A DNA stretch of 64,000 bases from Marsupella aquatica (Eukaryota; Plantae; Marchantiophyta): the NCBI GenBank assembly GCA_973895155.1, contig OZ316891.1, forward strand, positions 6,873,708 through 6,937,707, given 5' to 3'. Below the pieces are notes generated by a model. The model searched no databases, had not been told where the DNA came from, and worked only from the letters and a program-made list of their open reading frames with translations. The position numbers and the translations under genes were made by a program. Positions 11,913 to 22,168 of this stretch are shown here, in pieces (position 1 is the stretch's first letter; the number at the start of each line of letters is the position of its first letter).

Positions 11913-13769
11913 ATGCTAGATCAACCAGAGTTTAGTGCGTCACGCATTCGGAGATACAAGGCTGCTTACCGTGACTACGTGGAGACTCGGATTACACGGG
12001 AAAGGGAAGAGAGAGAAGTTATGATGAGCACGGGATTGGCAGCGGGTTCCTCACCGGTGGGTAGGAAGATTTTTCGTCGAATTTATCCCAAGACCTCCAC
12101 CAAGGTGATGGAGGATTGTCGGAACATTTTCCAAGCCACCGGGCTTACAGAATTCATGAAGGTGGAGATTACCATCCCTTCAGGGAAGAGCTGGGACATT
12201 GAGGCCGGGATGGAGTTCCGAACGGAGGGAATCTACTTTGAATGTCTCAAACGTGTAGTGCCCCATGTGGAGTTGGCTAAGCTATTGTTTCTTGAGAATC
12301 AGAAATTCTCATTCACACCTCGGAATATCAGGGGAGAACTCACGTTGAAAATGGTGGCCACTTGGGTGACCAATCCTACCTCCACCACCGCCATCCCTCT
12401 TTCTGCTGTCAAGGATGTTGAGTATAAGGGCTTCCTGGCCAAGGTGCATCAACGGGTTCTTGGCAACGTGCAATCCGGAGTGCTGAATGAGGAGCATTTC
12501 GTGGTAGCTATGGACATCAAGAACTACCCAGCCCATGTGTACGGATGGTGGTGCTACGGATTGAAGAAGCTATTGGCCGCTGAGCCCGGGAGTGTGAAAC
12601 CAGGTGGGGCTGTACATTTGATGGGGTCATTTGTATTGGCCAGGGCAGAAGGGTTGATTGGTTCTCCGGGGCATGAAGACACGGGATCATCTCTCACCAC
12701 GGAGATCCGGAGTATTGCCACTACCGTTTTAGGGAAGCTCACGGAGGAATCATTGTCTGCTGGTGGGGAGGATAATAGAGAAGAAGAGAACCAGGAGGAT
12801 GATTGCACATTGGAGTGGCTTGAATCACTCGTGGGAGATCCGAAACAGCCTCTGGAATACAACATTCCGGATGTTTACTTGGCAGAGCTACGGGATTTCA
12901 GAGAGGGAGTCCACGAGGGACTCAAGCTAGTCCACGCATTGAGGGAGTCTCTCAAGCACGCCACAGTCAAAGTAGAGACGTTAGAGCAGAGCATCCTGTC
13001 ACTGAAGGAGGTGATCAAGACCAAGGAGCAGACCATTCATGAGAAGGTCAGGCACATCAATGCAGCTCACGTAGAGATCACCAACTTGAAGGGAGCTTTG
13101 TCCACCAAGGCCAAGGAAGCAGAAGAAGTAGGAGCGTTGAGGCAAGCATTGGCCAAAGAGAAGCAAAATTCTGGAGAAGTGATGGAGTGGAGGAACCAGG
13201 TGGGAGCACTACGGAGTCAGGTGGCAGCCTTTGAGACACGAGCGAAGAGAAGTGAGGCCCTGAGTCTAGGGAAACGGAAGAGTCCCGGCACACCTGGCTC
13301 CACACTTTCCCCGGATGTGATCTCCCAAGCTATCGAGATGGTGGTGAAGGAGGTTAGTGGGAAGTATGGACCCTTGTTGGATGGAGCCAAGAAGAGTCAG
13401 GAGAAGAGTAAGAGCTTGGAGAAGAAGCTCCGGGAGGTACGGAAATCGTTACGGGAGGCTCAGGTCAGTACGGGGATGCCACCCAGGTCTGTCACCCCCG
13501 GGACTCCCATGGCCACGGGGCAAGTTCTACCGTTGGAGTTGCGGTCCGGAGAAGAGGCTACCCTCTGGAAGGACACAATTGGTGAGGGGTACATCAAGGC
13601 GTGGCAGGCCTTGGCTGCTTTGAGGAAGCGCGGGAGCAGCAGCACTAAGAGTACTCCGTCGAAGAAGAAGAAAAGTACGGTGGCACTCACTCCCGTGAGT
13701 GATGAGGAGGAGGACCACTCACGGGGCACAAGTCCGGGCACCGAGAGCGAAGAAGAAGAGGAGGATTAG
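11913..13769 (+). CDS. 618-aa intronless transposon-associated protein (globular N-terminus, acidic linker, long coiled coil, basic/acidic tail); function unknown
   Basis: Uninterrupted 1,857-bp ORF. Heptad-rich middle (LRESLKHATVKVETLEQSILSLKEVIK...), NLS-like KRKS and PSKKKKS, tail ESEEEEED. The architecture resembles accessory ORFs of plant Ty3/Gypsy elements (inference). Confidence 0.8.
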   Translation: MLDQPEFSASRIRRYKAAYRDYVETRITREREEREVMMSTGLAAGSSPVGRKIFRRIYPKTSTKVMEDCRNIFQATGLTEFMKVEITIPSGKSWDIEAGMEFRTEGIYFECLKRVVPHVELAKLLFLENQKFSFTPRNIRGELTLKMVATWVTNPTSTTAIPLSAVKDVEYKGFLAKVHQRVLGNVQSGVLNEEHFVVAMDIKNYPAHVYGWWCYGLKKLLAAEPGSVKPGGAVHLMGSFVLARAEGLIGSPGHEDTGSSLTTEIRSIATTVLGKLTEESLSAGGEDNREEENQEDDCTLEWLESLVGDPKQPLEYNIPDVYLAELRDFREGVHEGLKLVHALRESLKHATVKVETLEQSILSLKEVIKTKEQTIHEKVRHINAAHVEITNLKGALSTKAKEAEEVGALRQALAKEKQNSGEVMEWRNQVGALRSQVAAFETRAKRSEALSLGKRKSPGTPGSTLSPDVISQAIEMVVKEVSGKYGPLLDGAKKSQEKSKSLEKKLREVRKSLREAQVSTGMPPRSVTPGTPMATGQVLPLELRSGEEATLWKDTIGEGYIKAWQALAALRKRGSSSTKSTPSKKKKSTVALTPVSDEEEDHSRGTSPGTESEEEEED

Positions 13770-15264
13770 ATAGGCGTACGGACGTGGGTGTACGGCCTCC
13801 AGATTTCCAACATTTTAGTGGGGGGTCACTCATGGGCTTGTTGGGATGAGCTCGCGGAGCTGATTCCAACAAGAGGCGGCGCTCCTCAAACGGAGCCAGG
13901 ATGAGCAAGTTATGGCCTGGAGAACTTATGTTTTTGCGGTACGGAAACGGCCATAACTCAGGCGTCTGAAGTCCGTTGAGGGAGCGACTTAGTGATTCGG
14001 AAGCAGGAAAAGAAGAGCTATCCAGGGGTGAGCTCAGGTGTGCACTTGGAAGGGCACCTAGTTTCGGCCATTTTGGGGTGCCTCTCACTTTCAGGGTTCA
14101 CGTGTACTGTTGGGGCGCCGTCGAAGGCACCGTCGGCCCCCTTGTTTTGGGTTTAGGGTTTTAGCAGCATGTGTGTGCCGCATGCTCCTCTTCAGTTTAA
14201 GGATTTCTCTTAGTGCAAGGTTTTAGCGGCGCCGCTAGGGTAGCCGCCACCGTTGTGACCCTGTGAGGGGTGCTTTGGTGTGATTTTTCAGTATTTAGGG
14301 GGATAGCCCCGAAGTAGTTAGGGGGACTCAGTGTGAAGTTAGCAAGGAGGGATAGAGTGGAGCCTGAGGAGTTTGAAAGCGTGTTCAGAGTAGTGAGGGG
14401 GAGCCATACTCATTGTCCGGAGAGGCAGGAGTTGAGTAGACGGCAGGAGGCCGGGTTACTCATGCAATGTGTATCGTTTTTCCCAAGAGATATGGATCTG
14501 TACATTTGACTTGATGGGCTTTTGTTGTGTGTTCCTTCTCCCTTTTTCGCTTTCCGAATTGTGTTCTCCCGTTCTATGATTTGAAGAAACTTGCTTGGTT
14601 TGAGTCGGCCTTGTGAGTAGGGGTGGTGACAGCACTCTTTGGGTGACTCCGAGTGAAGGTGTAGTGGGGTAGTCGGCAGGACTTGATCAAAAGCTGTGGG
14701 GTGAGGGTAGTCGGTAGACTTGATCAAAACCTACATTTCCGGGAGCGGAAACCAAAATACTCATCCTGGTGTGAAAAGAATCCAAATAGCGTCCCTCCAC
14801 GACCCCGTAATACGATACCAACGGTTTAAGCGAAGAAAAGTGCGGTTTGCACGTATTAACCGTTGGAGAGGCAAGTGACAGAGGGAAAACATCTGCAATC
14901 ATGAGGTAAATTCCCATTGGGGATTCTTGGAGAATACTTCAACGTCAGCTTGTAGACAAAAGAAAGGAGAAGAAGAGTAGTCTGGATTGCATTTTTGACG
15001 TATGTTTATTATGGTCAAATGATTTGATAAGACAATTGGGTTTAATATTGACCAACAAATTGTATCATATATGAATTATTATAGTCTCCCCATTTGATCA
15101 AGAAAGAGAAATTTACACACTGAAAGTTTGCACGAGTCTGAGTCCTTATAATTGGCTCGATCTAGATCTACATTAAATCTCTTCAGTATTGATCTGTGAC
15201 GACTTGAAGCTTTTTGTAGGAGTGTTGGGAGTGTTGTTTTTTGTCTCTTTGTCTCCAAATTGGC

Positions 15265-15795
15265 TCTCTTGAAGAATGGGAGCACAGAGTCATTCTTAGA
15301 GACATGAAATCATCATTACTGTCTGCATTGTTGTTGTCATGTCTTTGGAACCAACGGTCCTCGTCATCAAACTCGTTTTCTACAGGCAGTCAATGTAAGC
15401 TTAATGTTGAATCGGATGTTAGGTTCTTCTACTGTGAACGCTACGTATTTGGATTGTGAGCTCTATCTCCTTTGGGTGATTTTGGACAACATTTGGGATT
15501 TGCTGCCGGTTCGCAAGGTTGTCTGACCACGACACCGCACCACCTAGTACAGTAGTTCTGGCAGGGACCCGAGGATATATGGCTCCAGAGCTTTTTTACA
15601 CTCTGAATGCCACAGAGAAAATTGATGTGTATAGCTTCGGAACAATGGTGCTCGAGGTGGCCACGGGTAAGAAATCTGTACTATGTGCAACAGATAGGGC
15701 TGGAACGGATCACATTTTACTTGTAGATTGGGTGTGGGATCTTTATGGGAATGACACATTGTTGGACGCATCCGATTGCCAACTACGTAAAGCCT
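15265..15795 (+). pseudogene. Receptor-like kinase fragment (L-type lectin RLK-like), subdomains VIb-X
   Basis: LEEWEHRVILRDMKSS (degenerate HRD), LGDFG, ARLSDH...VLAGTRGYMAPE, KIDVYSFG, LVDWVWDLY. The frame is broken and the sequence is truncated at repeat R1. Confidence 0.8.
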
Positions 15796-16262
15796 TTCAT
15801 GACTTTTCTCTTTGTATATTTGAGTGCATTAATTCTCCATAATGCACCCTTTTTTTGAGGAGGGGATTATACAAAACACCATAAATATAGTAAAAGTAAA
15901 AATTAAATATAGTTTTATCATATACAAAAAAAATTAAATCTAGTCAAGATCTCAAGATGATAACCAAATCTTATATGGTGATACAAACAAAATATCTATG
16001 AATAGAATCTAATAACTCAAGAACGCATATTTTTGGCCAATTCCATAGCAATCACTTCTTGGATGACCTTTTAATCTGAATTTTCTATTTCAAGGATTTA
16101 CTTTTTCTTGTTTGTTATCGAAAAGTCACTCAAGTTTTTACGTACATTAATGTCCTAGTTATGGGCATTATGGAAATAATGCCCTCAAAACTCGGGCTAC
16201 TGCCCTTGTTTTTCAGGGCATTATATCTTACAATGCCCTCTAACCAGGACATTATCCTATTC
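15785..16262. mobile_element. Dispersed repeat family R1, copy 2
   Basis: Matches 3329-3760 and, in reverse complement, 57146-57331. Confidence 0.8.
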
Positions 16263-16606
16263 AAAATCTTGAGCAAGTTTGAGCATGAACATGAGCCATG
16301 GTTGGCTCCCATTCAAGTCTTCAACTCAATTAATCATGCAGCTATAGTCAATTATTTCAACCATGGACCAAAAAACTCCTGACAAGTTGAGCCATGATCA
16401 GCTTCTCATTGAAGCCTAGAGCTCATTGAGAAAGAAGGAAAAGCAATGTGCCCACACCAAAGGCATGGGTTATTTGCTAGTTATTGAGTTGCCAGCTGGA
16501 ATTGAGGGATATGATTGCAAATGGGATACAAAATATGAGTTTCAAAAATTGTTTTGAAATCAAAGTGTTAACTCTGGGACCACATTAGAATCTATTGTCA
16601 GTGAAA

Positions 16607-16780
16607 GAATCCCTACCACCTGTACTTTCCCTATTCAAAGACCGTGATAGCCATATTAAGTTCGTTTGTAGAATAATCCCTCCCACCTGTACTTTCCCTA
16701 TCTAAAGACCATGATAGCCATATTAAGATCTTTTGTAGAATAATCCCTCCCACCTGTACTTCCTTTGTTCAAACACCACT
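16607..16780. repeat. Tandem repeat, about 67-bp unit, about 2.5 copies
   Basis: ATCCCT(A/C)CCACCTGTACTT(T)CC...AAGACC.TGATAGCCATATTAAG repeated. Confidence 0.85.
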
Positions 16781-18826
16781 ATAGTTGTTTTTTTTAATGA
16801 TATTTATCTGAACCAACAAAACTAGTACATGTGCAATGGACAATTTCTTGGGGACTATTGACATGGGGATGGGACCAAGGGCTATCCTGCATGTAGGCAG
16901 CCCTCAAAATTTTGGCCCATAGACTCCCTAACTGCCCAGTAAAAGTTGAATTTGTCCCTGAGCAGTGTGTAGGGTGAACAAGTCTTTTAGCTTCCCTTTT
17001 TAGTTGAGTGTCTTCTTGTCTTATTCACATTTTAGAGGTTGAGGCCTCAGGGGTCAGAAAGTTCCGGGCTTTGCCCTTAGTTCTCCACAACAAATGTTGT
17101 GAGGCCTGCCTCACGAGAAGGTATCTCACATGAAGCTCCCTATAAATTACATGGTGCCACTTGCTAAGTTGAGGGCTGCGTATATGTTGGAGAGATCTAA
17201 GAGTTGTCTCATGTGGTCTCAGCCTTAAACCGCCACTGTCCATTGCAAAAACCCACCAGGTTTTTTCATTTAGGGTACATTCCAGCTCCGAGCGTTCCCG
17301 ACTGTTTTTGGCCGGTTGCACTTTTTGGCCCGGTCAGTTGTACACCTGTCCCAGTGTCCCTACTCATTTTGCGGAGCGCACGACTGTGGAGCCGAGTTGA
17401 GCAACTCCTTGTTGAGGAGCCTAGTTGAGAAGCGAGTGTCCATAGCCGAGTCCTCCCATGCTATGCAAGTTTTCAGAAGCACAATTCCAACAAGTCTACT
17501 CTGCCCATGCTGCGCAAGTCGGAGCGTCTATCAATTCTCCTTCTCCAATATTGGGTCAGGTTTGCAAAGCAGCATGTAGAAAGCTTCTGGTATATTAGAC
17601 CTATCTATATACTAGCCTAACCCTAGACCAGTCATGCATAGTAAGTGGAAAATTATACGTCAAACAAAAAATGACGCATGGAAATTTTCAAAGAATTAAA
17701 AGATGTATGAAAAGTTTTTCCCAACCAAAATTGAGCAAAAAAAATTGTGAAAATTTTGCAAAGTCTAACCGTAGTTAAGTACCATAGGTTACACAAATTC
17801 TTGTATGCAATTAAATGCAAATATCTATTTTTGTGTTGTTATCAAATAGATGCCATGTATGTCTTGAGAATATTCATGAAGAGGAGTGTTGGTACAAGTG
17901 TTTCCCTGGGACTTGTCAGTGGTTGCGGTTAACGAAGTGCAATAAATTTGGGTGTCTTTATGACAATTTATGGATAGCACAAGTCTCAATTTTTGTTGGA
18001 AAAATATATTAGAAAAGACTATGAATGGTGGATGAGGTTTACTGATAGGTTTATTATCAATAGACTTTTTCATCTCTTCTGCACACAACGAAATAAGTCC
18101 TTAGCAAAAGACTCCTTCCCAATGGAGTCCGCAAGCGCTTATAATTAGGCTCTATGAATGGATCGTAATTCTTTTCATGCATTGGAATCCTCGATCCACT
18201 GATTGATCATGGATTGTTTTAATATCTCAATTTCTATAAAACTGTTTTGGTAATGAACGGATCACCTATCTTTCAGAAATTAATTTCTCAGCATCTTGGT
18301 CCTCTAACATCAGTTGCGCCATCGTCGCGAGGTAAAGGTATGGACCAAGGATTGTAGGATCGGACCACTGCAGTCCAATAGAAAAGTTGAGCCAGCAAGT
18401 GAGTGTAGCAAAATAATTATCGGGCTTGATTTGCAAAATGGGACCAAATCTATCCTGGGCTCAGAGGCTGAGTGTCAGATGCTTGTCAACAAGTGTGTCG
18501 GTGACCTTCATTTCCACCCCTTGGCTACACAAGCTCAACACTTGCCCATGACCTATTACTTCTTCTGTAGAATGGAATGAAACAAAGATGCTTCATACTA
18601 GAAGGAGAATGATGGTAACACCAAGAGCTATACTCAAAGTAGGGTGAAAGTCTCTACACGTAATTTGGTGATGTATAGTAAAGGTAATGTAGGAAGAAGG
18701 GTTTTGATTTGTGCAATTTGAGTAAGAGAGGATAGACGCAGTGTCCCTGGATGTCGCAATGTTCACCTTCCATGGCCATGGCTCATGGAGCTCCGTCTGG
18801 TTCTGGCAAGCCTTAGCGGGGCCGCG

Positions 18827-19100
18827 GGGGTCTCACTATATGGATGCCTCCCCATCCCCTGCGACATTTTTAGGCCTCGGACCCCCTAAAATGTAAGAAT
18901 TTTTTTTTAATTTTTCAACCCCTATAAGAATATTCCAAAAATTTGGTTAGAAAAACCCTAATGTTCTTATAAGACTCAAAATTGAATTTAAAAGACCCTA
19001 TTGTTTTTTTGCAAAAATTCTTAAGTCTTCCCTTAAAACCAATAAAATGACCCTATCCTTCATTGCACGTGATGCACCATTTTTGTGGAAGTGAAACCCC
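18827..19100. mobile_element. MITE family M2 (about 275 bp)
   Basis: TIRs GGGGTCTCACT / AGTGAAACCCC. Homologous to copies at 35090, 35562, 46777, 48392 and 60384. Confidence 0.85.
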
Positions 19101-19757
19101 GAGAGCAGGGCAGGCGGAGCGTGGGGCCACAAAGCTACAATGGGCAGCAAGTGAGACAATGAACTGACCGCAACTTGGCGTTTCTCCTATTTATATGGAC
19201 AATGGCGGTTTAAGGCTTTTGGCCCTAAAACTGGGTTGTGGCAACTTATTTGTAGAGGAGAGCCAGAGCAATTAGAGGTGAGGACATTTAGTCTCTCTGC
19301 ACCATTTTCATAGATACTCACCTTGCCCTTAACCCCTGTTTTCCACTTGCACCCCAAATTTCACCCCAAAGTCACAATTGCACGAGAGATTTTGCACTAG
19401 ACCGTAGGCCCTGAAGAGTAGCTTTCCATCACAATTATATAGTTAGATGTGAGGTCCTTGAATTACAGGTGTGCTTACATGGCCTTCAGGCAAGAACACC
19501 CTATTCATCACATGCTAAGAATTTCCTGCCTGGCGGACATGGGGGTGTCAAACGGTAAATTTGGCCTGTAAATTAAAGGCTGGTCTACATGCAAGACAAC
19601 CATGATGTTGGGCAAACTCTGGACTTAGGCAGGAAACTCTCCATGTATAATATGATGCAGGGCATTAAGTTTAAGCCTACAAATTAAAGGGCCGGTTATA
19701 TCCAAAACTCATCTGTGGAGCCAACTCTTGCCTTGTCTAGATGTGCCCACAATGGTA

Positions 19758-20415
19758 CCATTTGACCCAAAGTCCATGTGTCATCTCTACTTCTAGAGCC
19801 GCTAAACTAAGGACAACCCCTTTAAGCCCCACCCTGCCACGACTCGGAACATGGCCAAATTGGAGGCATGATTTGGCAAGGTGCGCACCACTTTGGGATG
19901 AAGTCACTGCCTGCTTTAACTCTGCCCTTGTCTGCCCTTGTCCAGTTGACCCAAGAGTCCATGTTTCATCTCTATATCTAGAGGCACTAACTAAGGGTAG
20001 AGCATTTATGCCTCGCCCTCTCACAAGTCAGGATGTGGCCAAACTGGAGGCATGGTTTTGGCAAGGTGGGCACCACTTTGGACCGAAGTCACTACCTGCT
20101 GCCCTTGTATGCCCTTGTCCATTTGACCCAAGAGTCCATGTGTCATCTCTATATCTAGAGGCACTAAACTAAGGGCGGTCCCTTTATGCCTCACCCTGTC
20201 ACAACTCGGAATGTGGCCAAATTGGAGGCGTGGTTGGCGAGGTGTGCACCACTTTGGGACCGAGTCACTGCCAACCGTAACTCTGCCCTTGTCCATTTGA
20301 CCCAAGAGTCCATATCTAGAGGCGATAAAGTGGCACTAAACTAAGGGCAGTCCCTTTATTCCCCACCCTGCCAAACTGGAGGGGTGGGCACCACTTTTGG
20401 GACCGAGTCACTGCC
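19758..20415. repeat. Tandem repeat, about 180-bp unit, about 3.5 copies
   Basis: CCATTTGACCCAAGAGTCCATGTGTCATCTCTATATCTAGAGGCACTAAACTAAGGG... starts at about 19758, 19941, 20118 and 20293. Confidence 0.9.
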
Positions 20416-21160
20416 GTGTCCACAGATGACACCTTCCTTCCATGTGGAGTACAAAGCTCGTCTCCGTGTCGTGGCGTTCTTTCCTCTCTCTCTCTCTCTT
20501 TCTCTCGCTCGTCCTCCTCCTCCTATGCAGGAAAGGCGCAGGGGGGCGATTGGGCATGGTGTCGTGTGTTCTCCCTTCAATGGCGCGTTGGAATTGCAAT
20601 TGAGAAAGTATTTTTTTTACCTTTCCGACGTCGGGCTTTTGACGTCAAAGCCCGAATCGTGTGATCCACGAGTGACGCTGAACAGAATGATGGCCCGGGC
20701 CGACACACTCATGAAACGTACTGGCTGAATCGCGCCGATGTGGACGCAAGGGAATGAATGGAGGAGTGAGTGAATCAGTGAATGAATTTCTGTGTTTGGA
20801 AAATGAATTTTGTTCGGCAGCTTAGCTTGGAGAGAGGTTTTAATTGAGGGAGGAAACTGAAAAGTGCAGAATTAGTAGGGACTGTAGTGTTCTAGTGTGA
20901 TGGATGGATGTCTCTCTGCCGTGGAGGTGGGGTGTCACGACAGCGTGACTGCGGCTTGGCTTGTCTGCTTCCGTGTACGTGAATATGATAATTGCCTTCG
21001 TCTGTTCGCCTGCGGTGCGCGGACCGGGGAGATCTCCTTTTCTGCTCTCTGTTTTGGAAGCCCTTTTGTTTCGGTTTCGATCAACTTTTCTCGTATCTCT
21101 TCTGCCTGTCTTGGCGTCAAGTTGGAGTGCGGTGCTTGCGATGCTAGCAACGTATGCCTA

Positions 21161-21186
21161 AGGTCTAGACCACGTGGTCTAGACCT
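21161..21186. promoter_or_regulatory. Perfect 26-bp palindrome centred on a G-box (CACGTG), about 1 kb upstream of ATG2
   Basis: AGGTCTAGACCACGTGGTCTAGACCT equals its own reverse complement. A regulatory role is inferred only. Confidence 0.4.
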
Positions 21187-22168
21187 AGAGCTAGCCCTAG
21201 GTCACCCTAGCTTTTCTGTTGTGCTCGGTTGTGGAGATTTTATATGGTCATCACCCGTCATCCCTCCATTATTTTGTTACTTCTCTTCCCGTCAGTGGCT
21301 AGACGTAGTGCCGTAGGAGAGTAGGCCTACTTGCTTACTTCGACCTTTCCTTTGTCTTCCTTTGGTTATTATCGTGCACCGAGGCAATTAGGATCCCGAA
21401 TACATAAGCGGCGTTGCCGTTTGTGTTAGTGAATGTTGTTGTTTATCGTCGGAAGATATAGATAGAGACACAAGAGGGATAAGAGAATCTTGTGAGTGGT
21501 TGGTGTCGTCGCTGATCGGCAATTCATATCGGGGCTAACGAACTTTTTGAAATTGCAGTCCCTCTGGTGTTTAAAAGACGACGATGACGTTCTGTTCCTT
21601 CGGCGTCTGAGCTCGTTTACCTTACCGAGACAGTATAACATCAATTAGTACTCCTATTTTCGCCATGATTCTACAATTCTGTCTCGCGACCAATGATGAT
21701 GATGGGACGGTGCCTCGTGCAGAGGCGGAGACTTGGATCCGAATTGCGTAAATTCTTGGGATAGATTTTCTTTCGTTGTAATCTTTGCCGAAGCACTGGT
21801 GAGTGCATCACGAGTGAGAGTTTCTTCAAGCAGCCTGAGTGCCTGATTGACTGACTGACCTCTTCTCCCTTTCGCCGCTGGAAGTTCGCGCGTCTGTTCG
21901 TAGCTCTTGGGAAAGGCAGGGGTGGCCTCCCCAATCCAAAAAGAGAAAGAAGAATGAGAGGCGACGAAACAATCGGGGTGAGGGTGGAAGCAGTTACACG
22001 TTACTTTAGCGTCATTCTAATCAACAAACGGTATCACTTTTGGGGGAGGAAAACGAGGTGGATTCAACAACACCATCAGCAGCACACAACGACTGGGCAG
22101 CAAGCGTTGCTCCTGAATCCGCGGGGGATGAGCGTTCGTTAAAGTAATTTCCTAACAGTACGGGAAAA

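Larger units (their letters stand above)
10805..14880 (+). mobile_element. 4,076-bp solo-LTR-like element (probably Ty3/Gypsy-derived) containing an ORF
   Basis: Starts TGTGAC and ends GTGACA. Flanked by a perfect 5-bp duplication GAGGG (10800-10804 and 14881-14885). No terminal direct repeats, PBS or gag/pol seen. Richer in GC and CpG than its flanks. Confidence 0.72.

Noticed and set aside
14144-14165. TTTAGGG telomere-like motif
   Set aside because: Only one or two units, at most a telo-box, not an interstitial telomere array.
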